Shown piece by piece: positions 53,000 through 61,964 of a DNA stretch of 64,000 nt. Source of the stretch: Anaerolineales bacterium (GTDB taxonomy: Bacteria > Chloroflexota > Anaerolineae > Anaerolineales > UBA11858); the NCBI GenBank assembly GCA_045888315.1, contig JBGCVQ010000125.1, forward strand, positions 23,480-87,479. The letters are read 5' to 3'. Numbering within the stretch: the first letter of the stretch is position 1; each line of letters begins with the position of its first letter. A program made the translations under genes and the position numbers. The notes under the pieces are model-generated. The model searched no databases and was not told the origin of the DNA. It saw nothing but the letters and a program-made list of their open reading frames with translations.

Positions 53000-53248
53000 T
53001 CAGTCTTGTTGAACGTCTTCAGCGCTGCCAGCAACCACATCGCGGGATGCAGGCACTTCTTCCGGGACGATGAACATCATCACCAAATAGGCCCAGAACA
53101 GGCCGCTCACGGTGCCCAGGGCGCCAAACACGAACAGCAGGCGGACCAGGGTGGGATCAATATTGAAATATTCAGCGATGCCGCCGCACACGCCGGCGAT
53201 CATCCTATCATCTCTGGAACGATACAAACGTTTATATTCAGTAGCCAT
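53000..53248 (-). CDS. PspC-domain membrane protein
   Basis: YRSRDDRMIAGVCGGIAEYFNIDPTLVRLLFV followed by a TM helix. ATG 53248 is preceded by GGAGA. The track ORF start 53254 is a TTG. Confidence 0.85.
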   Translation of the reverse strand: MATEYKRLYRSRDDRMIAGVCGGIAEYFNIDPTLVRLLFVFGALGTVSGLFWAYLVMMFIVPEEVPASRDVVAGSAEDVQQD

Positions 53249-53361
53249 ATCCAAATCTCCTAGAATTTTCCTATTTCTTCTGTTTACATATACGGGATTT
53301 GCCGCAAAAAGTTGTATAACTGGGCAGAATCCCGCATCTCTGCTGGTAGTATGGGGTTTTT

Positions 53362-53370
53362 TGATATAAT
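53362..53370 (+). promoter_or_regulatory. extended -10 promoter element for the XRE-cupin regulator gene
   Basis: TGaTATAAT, 28 nt upstream of ATG 53399. Confidence 0.45.
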
Positions 53371-53398
53371 CAGGTCAGTTATCACTAAAAGAGGACAT

Positions 53399-54043
53399 AT
53401 GGATATTTTTGACCAGGAAGCCCTTTCAGTTAATATCAGTGAACGCTTACGAGAGCTCAGAGAAGAGCGGGACCTATCCATCCGAGCCCTGGGACGTTTG
53501 AGCGGGCTATCCGCTAACGCGCTAAGCGTGATCGAAAGGGGAATGTCTTCCCCATCCGTGAGCACTCTCTTCAAAATAGCTACCGCGCTGGAGATCCCGG
53601 TCACAGCTTTCTTTGAAGAGACTCCCCCAAAACAGGACGTGGTACTCATCAAATCCTCGGAACGCAACCGCATCCCGCTCTACCGTGGATTATGGGAGGG
53701 TCTGGGAGGAGAGCATTACGAAGGTTTGGTGGAACCGTTCATGATCACCCTGGAAGCAGGATCCAGCAGCGGCCGTTTCCCTATGGCGCATTCCGGCAAT
53801 GAATTCGTCTTCTGCCTGCGGGGTGAATTGGTATACGAGGTGGGCGATAAGACCTTTACCCTGGAAGCTGGAGACGCCCTGTTGTTTGCGGCATCACTGG
53901 AGCATAAGTGGCACAATCCCGGGACCAAGGTCACCAATGCCCTGATCATGATCTGTGGATTCAAAGCCGGGGAAAGTCCCAGCAAATACCACCTGGCTTC
54001 AGGGAAAACGGAAACTGACCCAGTCGAAGAGAGCGAGGATTAA
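53399..54043 (+). CDS. XRE-family HTH transcriptional regulator with a C-terminal cupin domain
   Basis: HTH LSIRALGRLSGLSANALSVIERG and cupin blocks HSGNEFVFCLRGEL...LEAGDALLF...HKWHNPG. Start ATG 53399 is preceded by GAGGA. Confidence 0.85.
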   Translation: MDIFDQEALSVNISERLRELREERDLSIRALGRLSGLSANALSVIERGMSSPSVSTLFKIATALEIPVTAFFEETPPKQDVVLIKSSERNRIPLYRGLWEGLGGEHYEGLVEPFMITLEAGSSSGRFPMAHSGNEFVFCLRGELVYEVGDKTFTLEAGDALLFAASLEHKWHNPGTKVTNALIMICGFKAGESPSKYHLASGKTETDPVEESED

Positions 54044-54067
54044 CCTCCCATCAGGAGCCAACACTGA

Positions 54068-54093
54068 GCCCCGGGATTCACCCGGGGCTTTTT
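54068..54093 (+). terminator. intrinsic terminator after the XRE-cupin gene
   Basis: GCCCCGGG-attca-CCCGGGGC followed by TTTTTG. Confidence 0.85.
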
Positions 54094-54260
54094 GTTTACC
54101 ACCGGATACGAGAACGATCTGATATTCAGGTCCTGATCCTCCCCGGTCAGGAAGACAAAGGGCGCTCGCATACCTTCCAAAACGGGACGAAATCCAGCCG
54201 GAAGGTGCGGATTTCTGTATAATGAGGTAGTATGTGACCATCTTAGGCGGGGAGGCTGCC

Positions 54261-54533
54261 ATGAAACTGAATGTCAAAGCGTTTGCGCTTGCCTGCGGCG
54301 CGGTGTGGGGTGTGAACTGGTTCTTCGTTGCCTGGTGGATGATGGCTTTTGACGGCGCCACCCACGAGCCCACCTTCCTGGGCCTGATGTACCGGGGATT
54401 CAATCTCAGCCCGCTGGGCAGCCTGGTCGCCCTGGGCTACGGACTGATCGACGGATTCATGCTCGGCCTGCTGGTCGCCGTGCTCTACAACTGGATCGCT
54501 CCCCGGCTGAGGTCCAGTGGCAAGGAAGATTGA
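54261..54533 (+). CDS. small hypothetical membrane protein (about 90 aa, three hydrophobic segments)
   Basis: MKLNVKAFALACGAVWGVNWFFVAWWMMAF... Start ATG 54261 is preceded by GGGGAGG. Confidence 0.55.
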   Translation: MKLNVKAFALACGAVWGVNWFFVAWWMMAFDGATHEPTFLGLMYRGFNLSPLGSLVALGYGLIDGFMLGLLVAVLYNWIAPRLRSSGKED

Positions 54534-54557
54534 CCCCTCTACCATCCCTCACAGATC

Positions 54558-54588
54558 TAAAAGCCGGCCAGAACACTAGCCGGCTTTT
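54558..54588. terminator. bidirectional intrinsic terminator
   Basis: AAAAGCCGGC...GCCGGCTTTT hairpin between convergent genes. Confidence 0.75.
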
Positions 54589-54610
54589 GGTATTGATAAA
54601 CCTCGCACAA

Positions 54611-56989
54611 TCAGCTGAACTTATAGACTCGCAACCCGATCAACAGCATGCCCACCAGCAGCGGAGAGGCGCATACGGTCCGCCAAGCGGGAAACCTTGT
54701 CGGTACTTCCGAGGAAGTAGGCGCGGACTCTTCCCCTGCCGTCGGCAGATCCTCAGGCAGCGAGCTGATGCCTCCCTCCCCAGGGATGATCTGATAGGCT
54801 TTGCCATCCTCGATAAAGATCACTGACTCGCCCAGGGCCAGGTACTGTCCCCAATCAGGCCGGGCATCCAGGAGCTCGAAGTAGGCTTCCGAGCCAAAGC
54901 TGATCTGCAGGACCTCCATCCCGGGATCGAAACCGCTGTCGATCCACACCCCTCCCTGCAGGAAGAAACTCTTCCCGCCAGCGATCTTCAGGGCCGGTTC
55001 AACTTCGGTTCCATACCCATAGTCAGCTCCCGGGAGAGCCTGGGGAACGGATTCCGCTGCTCGAAGGTTGGATTCGGCATCCGCTTTATCCACTGCTTCC
55101 GCGCCGCTGGCAGGTCCGCTGTAGGATTCCTGCAGCTGCTGGGCAGCCTCGTCCCTTCCCTCCCCGGAGAAGATTTCTTCCTCCACCATCAAGAAGGACG
55201 TGTAAGGGGTGATGATCCCATATTTCAGGCTGAGCCCGATCACAGCATCTACCCACTCCTGGTTCTCCCCGCTGATGCGGATCTGGTTCAAGAGGTAGCC
55301 GATCTTGCGGGCAGCCCACAAGCGGGGGATGAAGCTGTACTGGCCCGGGGTCTTCCCCTCCGGGGTGAAATCTACCTGAGAGCTGTAGACCTCCCGCCGG
55401 GAATCCACGGACCCGCTCAGCTGAACCAGGGTTCGGCCGGATGAGCCAGCTGGCAGCCGATAGCGCCCGACCACCAGTAGCTGTGATCCAGCGAACAGGT
55501 CCGGAAGCTGGAGAGGATAGAGTTCCTCCACCAGGACGTCGCCGAAGTCCAGCTCCAGGTCAGTCAGCACCGGGGTCTGGATCTTGACGAACAGGCTGGA
55601 GACTTCCTCATCGATCCGCTCTCCCGAGCGCACATAGCTGACCAGCCCCCGGTTCTCTTCTGCCAGGCTGTCCAGCAGGACGGTATTGACGTCATCTCCC
55701 ACACCAAAAGAGAACAGGCGCAGACTGGATCTGGCACTGGACCGCACATTAGCCAGGATCTGCGACACCTCAGTAACACCCTCTGTCGGTAGGCCGTCTG
55801 TCAGGAACAGCACAACTTTGGGCCGGGAAGAACCCGCTTCCTGGCTGTTGAGGGTCAGAGCCTGCAGCAGGGCTTCGTTGATATTCGTCCCGCCCAGGGC
55901 CTGCATGCGGCTGATCCATTCCACTGCTCGCCGGGCTTCGCTGGCTGGCTGCAGGTCATAGGCGAAATGCTTGACACCGGTCGAGAAGGCAGTGACATTG
56001 AAGCGGTCCTCCTGGTTGAGGTGCTCCAGGACATATTCAGCGGCAGCCTTGGCCTGCTCCAGCTTGCCGCCCTCCATCGATCCCGAGGTGTCCAGGACCA
56101 GGATGATGTCCCGGGGCACGATCCGGTCGACTTCCACCGCAGGCGCCGCCAAAAGCAGGAAATAACCCTCTTCCCCGAACAGGGAGCTGCCGTCTGGATC
56201 CGGATAGGTCAGCAGGTTCAACCCCACGTCTTCCTGGCTGACGGTGTAGATCAGCTCGAAATCCTGGTCCGGAAGGACGTCGTATTCCTCGTAGCCCACA
56301 ACAGCCTGGGTATCTCCCTGGCGCAGAATCTCGACCCGGTCCTGGTGCGTGGGAGAATACACGGACCGCAGCGGCTGGCGGGATTCCAGCTCGACCCGGA
56401 CGGAGCATTCTTCCAGGGGCCTGGCAGAGAACTTTTCGGTGTTGAGCGGATAGATATAGCGCACCAGCCCCTGGTCCATCTCCAGGACCTGGCTGTATTC
56501 CAGCTCTACCACCCGGCTGGCGCCGGACGGGATGGGGAAGATCCTGGCCCGGACGGCGTCCTTGCCGATGTACTCCAGCAGGGCAGGATCCCGACGCTCA
56601 CGAACGATATCCTCATAGATCTTGCGGGCCTGATCTGCGGGCAGGATCTCGCTCTCCAGGGGCACACCGTCAACCCAGATCACGAATTTCGAGACTGTCG
56701 CCCCTTCAGGGAGGGGGAAGATATAGGTGCCCTCTACCTCCCAATCATTCTCGTTGAGGAATTCCTGCTCCACCCGGGTCACAGCGATCTGGTCCTTGAT
56801 CTCCACCGAGACCCGATGGTAGCGGATGGTCAGCCAGCTATCCTCCAGGAATACGGGGTCCAGCCCGGGGGGCGGATCAGGGATGATGATGCCGTCTGCC
56901 AGAGCTGGACTCACGAAACCCAGGCAAACGATCAGCGCCAGGGCAGCGCTGATAAAGAACTTGAACTGGTTTTGAATGCGGGGGTACAT
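54611..56989 (-). CDS. VIT domain / von Willebrand factor type A protein with a C-terminal TM anchor
   Basis: N-terminal signal/TM, a VIT-like region, the VWA MIDAS motif ILVLDTSGSMEGGK, and the C-terminal VCASPLLVGMLLIGLRV. Confidence 0.8.
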   Translation of the reverse strand: MYPRIQNQFKFFISAALALIVCLGFVSPALADGIIIPDPPPGLDPVFLEDSWLTIRYHRVSVEIKDQIAVTRVEQEFLNENDWEVEGTYIFPLPEGATVSKFVIWVDGVPLESEILPADQARKIYEDIVRERRDPALLEYIGKDAVRARIFPIPSGASRVVELEYSQVLEMDQGLVRYIYPLNTEKFSARPLEECSVRVELESRQPLRSVYSPTHQDRVEILRQGDTQAVVGYEEYDVLPDQDFELIYTVSQEDVGLNLLTYPDPDGSSLFGEEGYFLLLAAPAVEVDRIVPRDIILVLDTSGSMEGGKLEQAKAAAEYVLEHLNQEDRFNVTAFSTGVKHFAYDLQPASEARRAVEWISRMQALGGTNINEALLQALTLNSQEAGSSRPKVVLFLTDGLPTEGVTEVSQILANVRSSARSSLRLFSFGVGDDVNTVLLDSLAEENRGLVSYVRSGERIDEEVSSLFVKIQTPVLTDLELDFGDVLVEELYPLQLPDLFAGSQLLVVGRYRLPAGSSGRTLVQLSGSVDSRREVYSSQVDFTPEGKTPGQYSFIPRLWAARKIGYLLNQIRISGENQEWVDAVIGLSLKYGIITPYTSFLMVEEEIFSGEGRDEAAQQLQESYSGPASGAEAVDKADAESNLRAAESVPQALPGADYGYGTEVEPALKIAGGKSFFLQGGVWIDSGFDPGMEVLQISFGSEAYFELLDARPDWGQYLALGESVIFIEDGKAYQIIPGEGGISSLPEDLPTAGEESAPTSSEVPTRFPAWRTVCASPLLVGMLLIGLRVYKFS

Positions 56990-57043
56990 GATCCTCCTCC
57001 TTAACGGGGCTTGTGATACAAGGAGGACGGTCGGGGAGGGATT

Positions 57044-57724
57044 TTAGTTCCCGGAAGGTGGATCCACCCCGTAGATGGTCTGCATGTCAGGATATTCCGT
57101 GAAGAAATAATGGGCCCAGACAAAGAGGTGGTTGAATCCGGCCGCCAGGAGGGCCGCTTCGGATTGGAAGATCAAGCCGATCATCCATAAGGCCAGGAAG
57201 GCGTAGGTGTACATGGCATTGGCTGACCAGGCAAAGATCCCCTCCCGGACCAGGGGCTGGCCCTGATAGCGTTGGGGCTCGAAGTGGTCCATGCCCAGGG
57301 CTCTCTCCACGCCAAAGTACTTCACAAAGGAATAAGCCATGTAGGCCGTCACACCCAAGCAGATAGCGATCAAGGGGATGTTCAGCCAGGGCGGGACAGG
57401 CAGGCTGCCCTGGTTGGCGATCCCCAGCGCCAGGACCGTCAGCGGCCGGGCCAGGAAGAGAATCATGAACCCGACGCCCCAGGCAGTGAAGGCTTTCTCA
57501 CCCAGAGCTTTGCTAAGCCAGCCGTAGTACAACTCCCCCCGCCAGCAGACCACCACGTAGAGTTGGTGCAGGACCGGGAACAGCACAGCCAGAACCAGCC
57601 AGGTCCCGGTGGATAAACCCCAAAAAGAACCGGACAGGGCATTCCCGCGAGCCGCGGCCCAGACCAGGCCGGCCAGCAGGACAGCTGATAATAAGTGCCA
57701 GCCCTGTTTATGTAATATCTTCAT
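57044..57724 (-). CDS. polytopic membrane protein, divergent PEMT/ICMT-like methyltransferase family
   Basis: The C-terminal block LVREGIFAWSANAMYTYAFLALWMIGL resembles the PEMT/ICMT motif but lacks the RHP residues. Confidence 0.45.
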   Translation of the reverse strand: MKILHKQGWHLLSAVLLAGLVWAAARGNALSGSFWGLSTGTWLVLAVLFPVLHQLYVVVCWRGELYYGWLSKALGEKAFTAWGVGFMILFLARPLTVLALGIANQGSLPVPPWLNIPLIAICLGVTAYMAYSFVKYFGVERALGMDHFEPQRYQGQPLVREGIFAWSANAMYTYAFLALWMIGLIFQSEAALLAAGFNHLFVWAHYFFTEYPDMQTIYGVDPPSGN

Positions 57725-57750
57725 TAATTCCTCTGTATCCGATCCAGAAA

Positions 57751-57830
57751 CCGTAAATCGTAAATGGTAATACGATTGCCTTTGGGGAGGAAATCTTCTG
57801 TCAAATCGATTTACAACTTACGATTTACGT
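57751..57830. repeat. cluster of GTAAATCG/CGATTTAC octamers including a 12-bp inverted repeat and a 10-bp palindrome
   Basis: CGTAAATCGTAA (57752-57763) is the reverse complement of TTACGATTTACG (57818-57829). CGATTTAC occurs at 57807-57814 and 57821-57828. AAATCGATTT lies at 57803-57812. Confidence 0.8.
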
Positions 57831-57859
57831 ATCACAATTCCACACGAACCACTGGACTT

Positions 57860-58375
57860 CTAAAAGATGAACGGAATGAAGCGTTTGGTCCTTCCCATAT
57901 ACTCCCGGTAGGGATCCCCGAAGCGTTCCAGGTTGAAGCGCTCCTCGGTTCGGGCAGTCAGAAATGCACCCAATCCCGCTGTGGACGCCAGAAAGGCGCC
58001 CAGTGCCGAAGGATCTTTGAAATAAGCTCCCAGTGCCAGCAGGATCAAGGAGGCATACAGGGGATGGCGGATGTAGCGGTACGCCCCGCTGGTGATCAGC
58101 TCGGTGGTATCCTCCAGGTCGCCCGCGGGCTGGCCCTGGGATTTGATCAGCCAGAAACCGTGGCCAGCCAGGACAGCCGAGCCGCACAGCAGGACCCAGG
58201 AGATGACCTGGTGGATCGCGAAAGGGTCAGTAAACCAGCCCCGGGCATTGAGGAACAGCAGGCTGAGAATGCTCTCAAAGGCTAAGAAACGCGTGAACCG
58301 GTAGGGATGCGGCCGGGCCAGGGTGAAGCCCAGCAGGGCGACGCTGAAGGCGAACCAGAGAATCCAGTAGACCAT
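57860..58375 (-). CDS. isoprenylcysteine carboxyl methyltransferase (ICMT)-family membrane methyltransferase
   Basis: LITSGAYRYIRHPLYASLILLALG motif. Confidence 0.8.
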   Translation of the reverse strand: MVYWILWFAFSVALLGFTLARPHPYRFTRFLAFESILSLLFLNARGWFTDPFAIHQVISWVLLCGSAVLAGHGFWLIKSQGQPAGDLEDTTELITSGAYRYIRHPLYASLILLALGAYFKDPSALGAFLASTAGLGAFLTARTEERFNLERFGDPYREYMGRTKRFIPFIF

Positions 58376-58410
58376 AAGCCTTCTCTCCCTTCGATTCCAG
58401 GCAGCGGATA

Positions 58411-59127
58411 TTAGCTACTGCTGTCTCCCAGCAGACCTCTGCTTTCCAGGACTCCCAGGACATCCGTAATCTCCGCTGCTTCCAGGTAGCGAGGAAAAGC
58501 TCCCTCCGCCAGCTGATCATCCTCATGGGACCAGGTAGGATGGTCCGCCAGGTGCAGTCCCCAGCAGCCCAATTCCAGGACCGGCAGGACATCGGAGCGC
58601 AGCGAGTTGCCGATCATCAAGAAGCGCGCCGGCTGGACCTGGTGGCGCTCCAAAACCTCCTGGTAGACCCGGGGGTTTTTATCGCTGACCACTTCCAGGA
58701 CCTGAAAATATCCGCCCAGCCCAGAATCGCGCACTTTATTGCGCTGGTGCTGGAGGTCTCCCTTGGTGATCAGCATCAGGGGGATCTTCCCCACCAGCTC
58801 ATCCAGCAGCTCCCGGACACCGGGATAGACTTCAACCTCGTGGGTGAGCATTTCCTTGCCGAGCTGGATGATGCGCTGGATATCCCGGGGGTGGATGGTC
58901 TCATTCGTAAGCTTGATGGCGATCTCGATCATTGACAGGATGAAGCTCATCACCCCATAGCCGAAATAGCGGATGTTCTCCACCTCAAAGCGGTCGAACT
59001 TGTGGATATCGTCCGCCTCCAGGCCGTATTCCATGAGAATCTCCAGGAACTCCGCCCTGCCCTGCAGGTAGTATTCCTCGTTCTTCCACAAGGTGTCATC
59101 CGCGTCAAATGCGATCCAATCTAACAT
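58411..59127 (-). CDS. HAD-superfamily hydrolase
   Basis: Motif I FDADDTLW and later HAD-like blocks (LITKGD, MIGNSLRSD). Confidence 0.8.
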   Translation of the reverse strand: MLDWIAFDADDTLWKNEEYYLQGRAEFLEILMEYGLEADDIHKFDRFEVENIRYFGYGVMSFILSMIEIAIKLTNETIHPRDIQRIIQLGKEMLTHEVEVYPGVRELLDELVGKIPLMLITKGDLQHQRNKVRDSGLGGYFQVLEVVSDKNPRVYQEVLERHQVQPARFLMIGNSLRSDVLPVLELGCWGLHLADHPTWSHEDDQLAEGAFPRYLEAAEITDVLGVLESRGLLGDSSS

Positions 59128-59140
59128 AGCTCATCCTTAC

Positions 59141-60049
59141 TCATTCCAGGCGCACCGCGCCCAGGTAGGTTGTGGCCTGCGCGCCAACTTCATTCCCTCT
59201 TTGGCAGGCAGCTTCCAAAGCCAAGCCCTGGCGCAAACCGGATAGCAAGCCGGCAGCAAAGGCGTCTCCTGCCCCGGTGGTATCCAGTGGGTTATCCACT
59301 TCGACCCCGCGAATGACTGTGCCTTCTCCTCCCTGGGAGAGATAACAGCCCACCGAACCAAGCTTGATGATCACCGCCCCAGCTCCCCGCTCCCCCAGGA
59401 TGCGGGCCGCTTCCTGATGATCGGATGAGCCGGTGATCAGCTCCGCCTCAGAGCGGTTGCAGGTGAAGATGTCCAGGTGGGGCAGCAGCGGCCAGAGCTC
59501 CTCAGGGTCCCGCATAGCGGGTGAGGTCACCACATCGAGCGAGGTGTGGACGCCTCCCTCCCGCAGCTGGGCCAGCGGCTCCGCAAAGCCTTCCGTCAGC
59601 AGCCCGGGAAGCACAAAATAGCCCGCTACATGCAGGAAGCTGATATCCCGGGCTATCAGCGCTGCAGGCTCCAGGCATTCTGGGGCAAGGGACGCGTTGG
59701 CGCCCGGGGTATGGATGAAGCGGGGCTGCAGATCGCTGTCGACCAGGCCCACCGAGACCCCGCTGCCCATCCCGTCAATTTTCCGTACAAAGGAAATATC
59801 CACTCCCTGCGACTGCCAGGTTTCCCGCAGAAAAGAAGCCGGCTGGTCATCCCCGGTGCAGGCGATCAGGCAGACCGGCTGGTTCAGCCGGGCCAGCTGG
59901 AGGGCGGTATTGGAAGCACATCCGCCTGGTGTGACAGCCGCTTCCTGGAAAGCGATCGAGTCCCGGCGGGGGACATCATCCACCGTCTTGCAGATGATAT
60001 CCAGGGTTACATTGCCGAAGATCGCGATCGGTCCAGGTTCAGCTGCCAT
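59141..60049 (-). CDS. PfkB-family carbohydrate kinase
   Basis: DTTGAGDAFAAG and GGCASN motifs. I prefer the start at ATG 60049 (MAAEPGPIAIFGN), which still overlaps the gatA stop by 11 nt. Track ORF 59141..60091 starts at 60091. Confidence 0.8.
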   Translation of the reverse strand: MAAEPGPIAIFGNVTLDIICKTVDDVPRRDSIAFQEAAVTPGGCASNTALQLARLNQPVCLIACTGDDQPASFLRETWQSQGVDISFVRKIDGMGSGVSVGLVDSDLQPRFIHTPGANASLAPECLEPAALIARDISFLHVAGYFVLPGLLTEGFAEPLAQLREGGVHTSLDVVTSPAMRDPEELWPLLPHLDIFTCNRSEAELITGSSDHQEAARILGERGAGAVIIKLGSVGCYLSQGGEGTVIRGVEVDNPLDTTGAGDAFAAGLLSGLRQGLALEAACQRGNEVGAQATTYLGAVRLE

Positions 60050-61640
60050 TCTTTGCCAGGATAGGGGGTCGCTTGGTTCTCCAGGCTTCATTTTCGGTCA
60101 CTTTCTCGTAGGTCCGAGCCACCCGCAGCAAGCTGCCCTCAGAATAATCGGGACCCAGCAGCTGGGCGCCAATAGGCAGCTCCTCGCGGTCGAACCCGAC
60201 CGGGAAGGACAGGCCCGGGATGCCAGCGTGGTTGGTGGTGGCGGTGAGCTGATCGGAATACTGCATCAGCACCGAGTCCCCGTAGACCGCGCCGATCGGG
60301 AAGGCCGTGGAAGGCGCGGTGGGGGTCAGCAGGGCATCCAAACGATATTTACCCTGGGGGTCGAAGATCTGCTCGAAATCCTGGCGCATCAGGGCCCGGG
60401 CTTTGAGGGCCAGCTGGTAGTAACCCTTGTCGAATTGGGCGGCGCTGAGGTAGATGCCCATCAGCATGCGCAGCTTGGGCTCCACCCCGAAGGCTTCGCC
60501 CCGGGTCTTGCGGTACAGATCCCGCAGGTCCGCGAATTCCTGGTCCGTGCGGTAGCCGTATTTCACGCCATCATAGCGCAGGAGGTTGGAGGAGGCCTCC
60601 ACCCGGGAAATCACAAAATAGGTTGGCACGCCGTACTTGGTGTGCGGCAGGGGGACATCGGTGACGATATCCGCTCCCAGCTGGGCCAGGAATCCGGCCG
60701 CGCTGAGCACGGCTTCCTGGATCTGGGGATCGATGGGATTCACTACCAGCTCCATCGATTCAGCGTCAAAATAGGTCACCCGGAAGAACTCCTCCGAGAG
60801 GCCAATGCGCATGCCCCGGATATCCTTTTCCATTTCCCGCAGGTAATCAGGCACAGGAACGGTAGCCGAGGTGGCGTCGCGGGGGTCATGCCCGGCAATG
60901 GCCTGCAAGGTTTGGGCCGCATCGGTCACAGTTCGTGCCAGCGGTCCCGGGCAGTCCAGGGAAGAGCCGAAAGCGATCAGCCCATAGCGCGAGACCCGGC
61001 CGTAGGTGGGTTTGAGTCCCACCGTGCCGCAGAAAGCGGCCGGGTGGCGGATGGAGCCGCCCGTGTCCGTGCCCAGCGAGATGGCGCCCTCGCCGGCAGC
61101 CACCGCGGCGGCGCTGCCCCCTGAGGAGCCGCCGGTCACCCGGCTGGTGTCCCAGGGATTGCGGGGCACCGGTTTATAGGCTGAGGATTCGCTGGAGGAG
61201 CCATAGGTGAACTCATCCAGGTTGACCTTTCCCAGCAGCACGGCACCGGCCTCTTCCATGCGCTCGACCACGGTGGCGGAATAAGGAGAGATGTAATTGG
61301 ACAGGATCTTCGATCCTGCCGTGGCCTGGATGCCCTTGACCGTAAAGATATCCTTGGCAGTATAGGGCACGCCTGCCAGCGGACCGGGGTTCTCCCCCTT
61401 CTTGATCAGGCTGTCGATCCTTTCTGCCTGCTGGCGGGCATAGTCCTCGGTGACCTTGGTGAAGGCATGTACCGTGGAAAGATCTTCTTCAGATTGGGCT
61501 TCCGGGGCATCCACCTGGCCGGGACGGCCGTCCACTTCGCGAACCCGCTCCAAGGCATCTTCCAGGACCTCGACTGCCGAGAGCTGCTTGGTGCGGACCA
61601 GGTCAGCAATGGTATAGGCTGGTAAATCACAGGGTCTCAT
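60039..61640 (-). CDS. gatA: Asp-tRNA(Asn)/Glu-tRNA(Gln) amidotransferase subunit A
   Basis: Amidase signature GGSSGGSAAAVAAG. Confidence 0.95.
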   Translation of the reverse strand: MRPCDLPAYTIADLVRTKQLSAVEVLEDALERVREVDGRPGQVDAPEAQSEEDLSTVHAFTKVTEDYARQQAERIDSLIKKGENPGPLAGVPYTAKDIFTVKGIQATAGSKILSNYISPYSATVVERMEEAGAVLLGKVNLDEFTYGSSSESSAYKPVPRNPWDTSRVTGGSSGGSAAAVAAGEGAISLGTDTGGSIRHPAAFCGTVGLKPTYGRVSRYGLIAFGSSLDCPGPLARTVTDAAQTLQAIAGHDPRDATSATVPVPDYLREMEKDIRGMRIGLSEEFFRVTYFDAESMELVVNPIDPQIQEAVLSAAGFLAQLGADIVTDVPLPHTKYGVPTYFVISRVEASSNLLRYDGVKYGYRTDQEFADLRDLYRKTRGEAFGVEPKLRMLMGIYLSAAQFDKGYYQLALKARALMRQDFEQIFDPQGKYRLDALLTPTAPSTAFPIGAVYGDSVLMQYSDQLTATTNHAGIPGLSFPVGFDREELPIGAQLLGPDYSEGSLLRVARTYEKVTENEAWRTKRPPILAKNGS

Positions 61641-61643
61641 GGT

Positions 61644-61964
61644 CTACTCCAGCTCCTCTTGGGCGATATCCGGGACCACGATATAGCCGTCTTCCAGCTC
61701 CGGGGCCTGGGCCAGGATCTCGTCCCGGTGGGGATCCTGCCGGGTCTCGTCCGGGCGGGGAGCAGGGCTGTTCAATTCCGTGTAGGGCAATCCGTGAGCT
61801 GCCGAGCCGGTTTCGGCATCGATGGGGATGGATTCCAGGACCTCGATGGAAATCATCTGGTTGTTGAGCTCCTTGCGGAGGTATTCGGCTTCCTCCCCTG
61901 GCAGCTCCAACGACGCCAGGTCCGCCAGCTTTTGGAAATCTTCCCGGGAAATTCTCTCAGTCAT
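61644..61964 (-). CDS. gatC: Asp-tRNA(Asn)/Glu-tRNA(Gln) amidotransferase subunit C
   Basis: A roughly 100-aa acidic protein directly upstream of gatA. The N-terminus ISREDFQKLADLASLEL is typical of GatC. Confidence 0.85.
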   Translation of the reverse strand: MTERISREDFQKLADLASLELPGEEAEYLRKELNNQMISIEVLESIPIDAETGSAAHGLPYTELNSPAPRPDETRQDPHRDEILAQAPELEDGYIVVPDIAQEELE

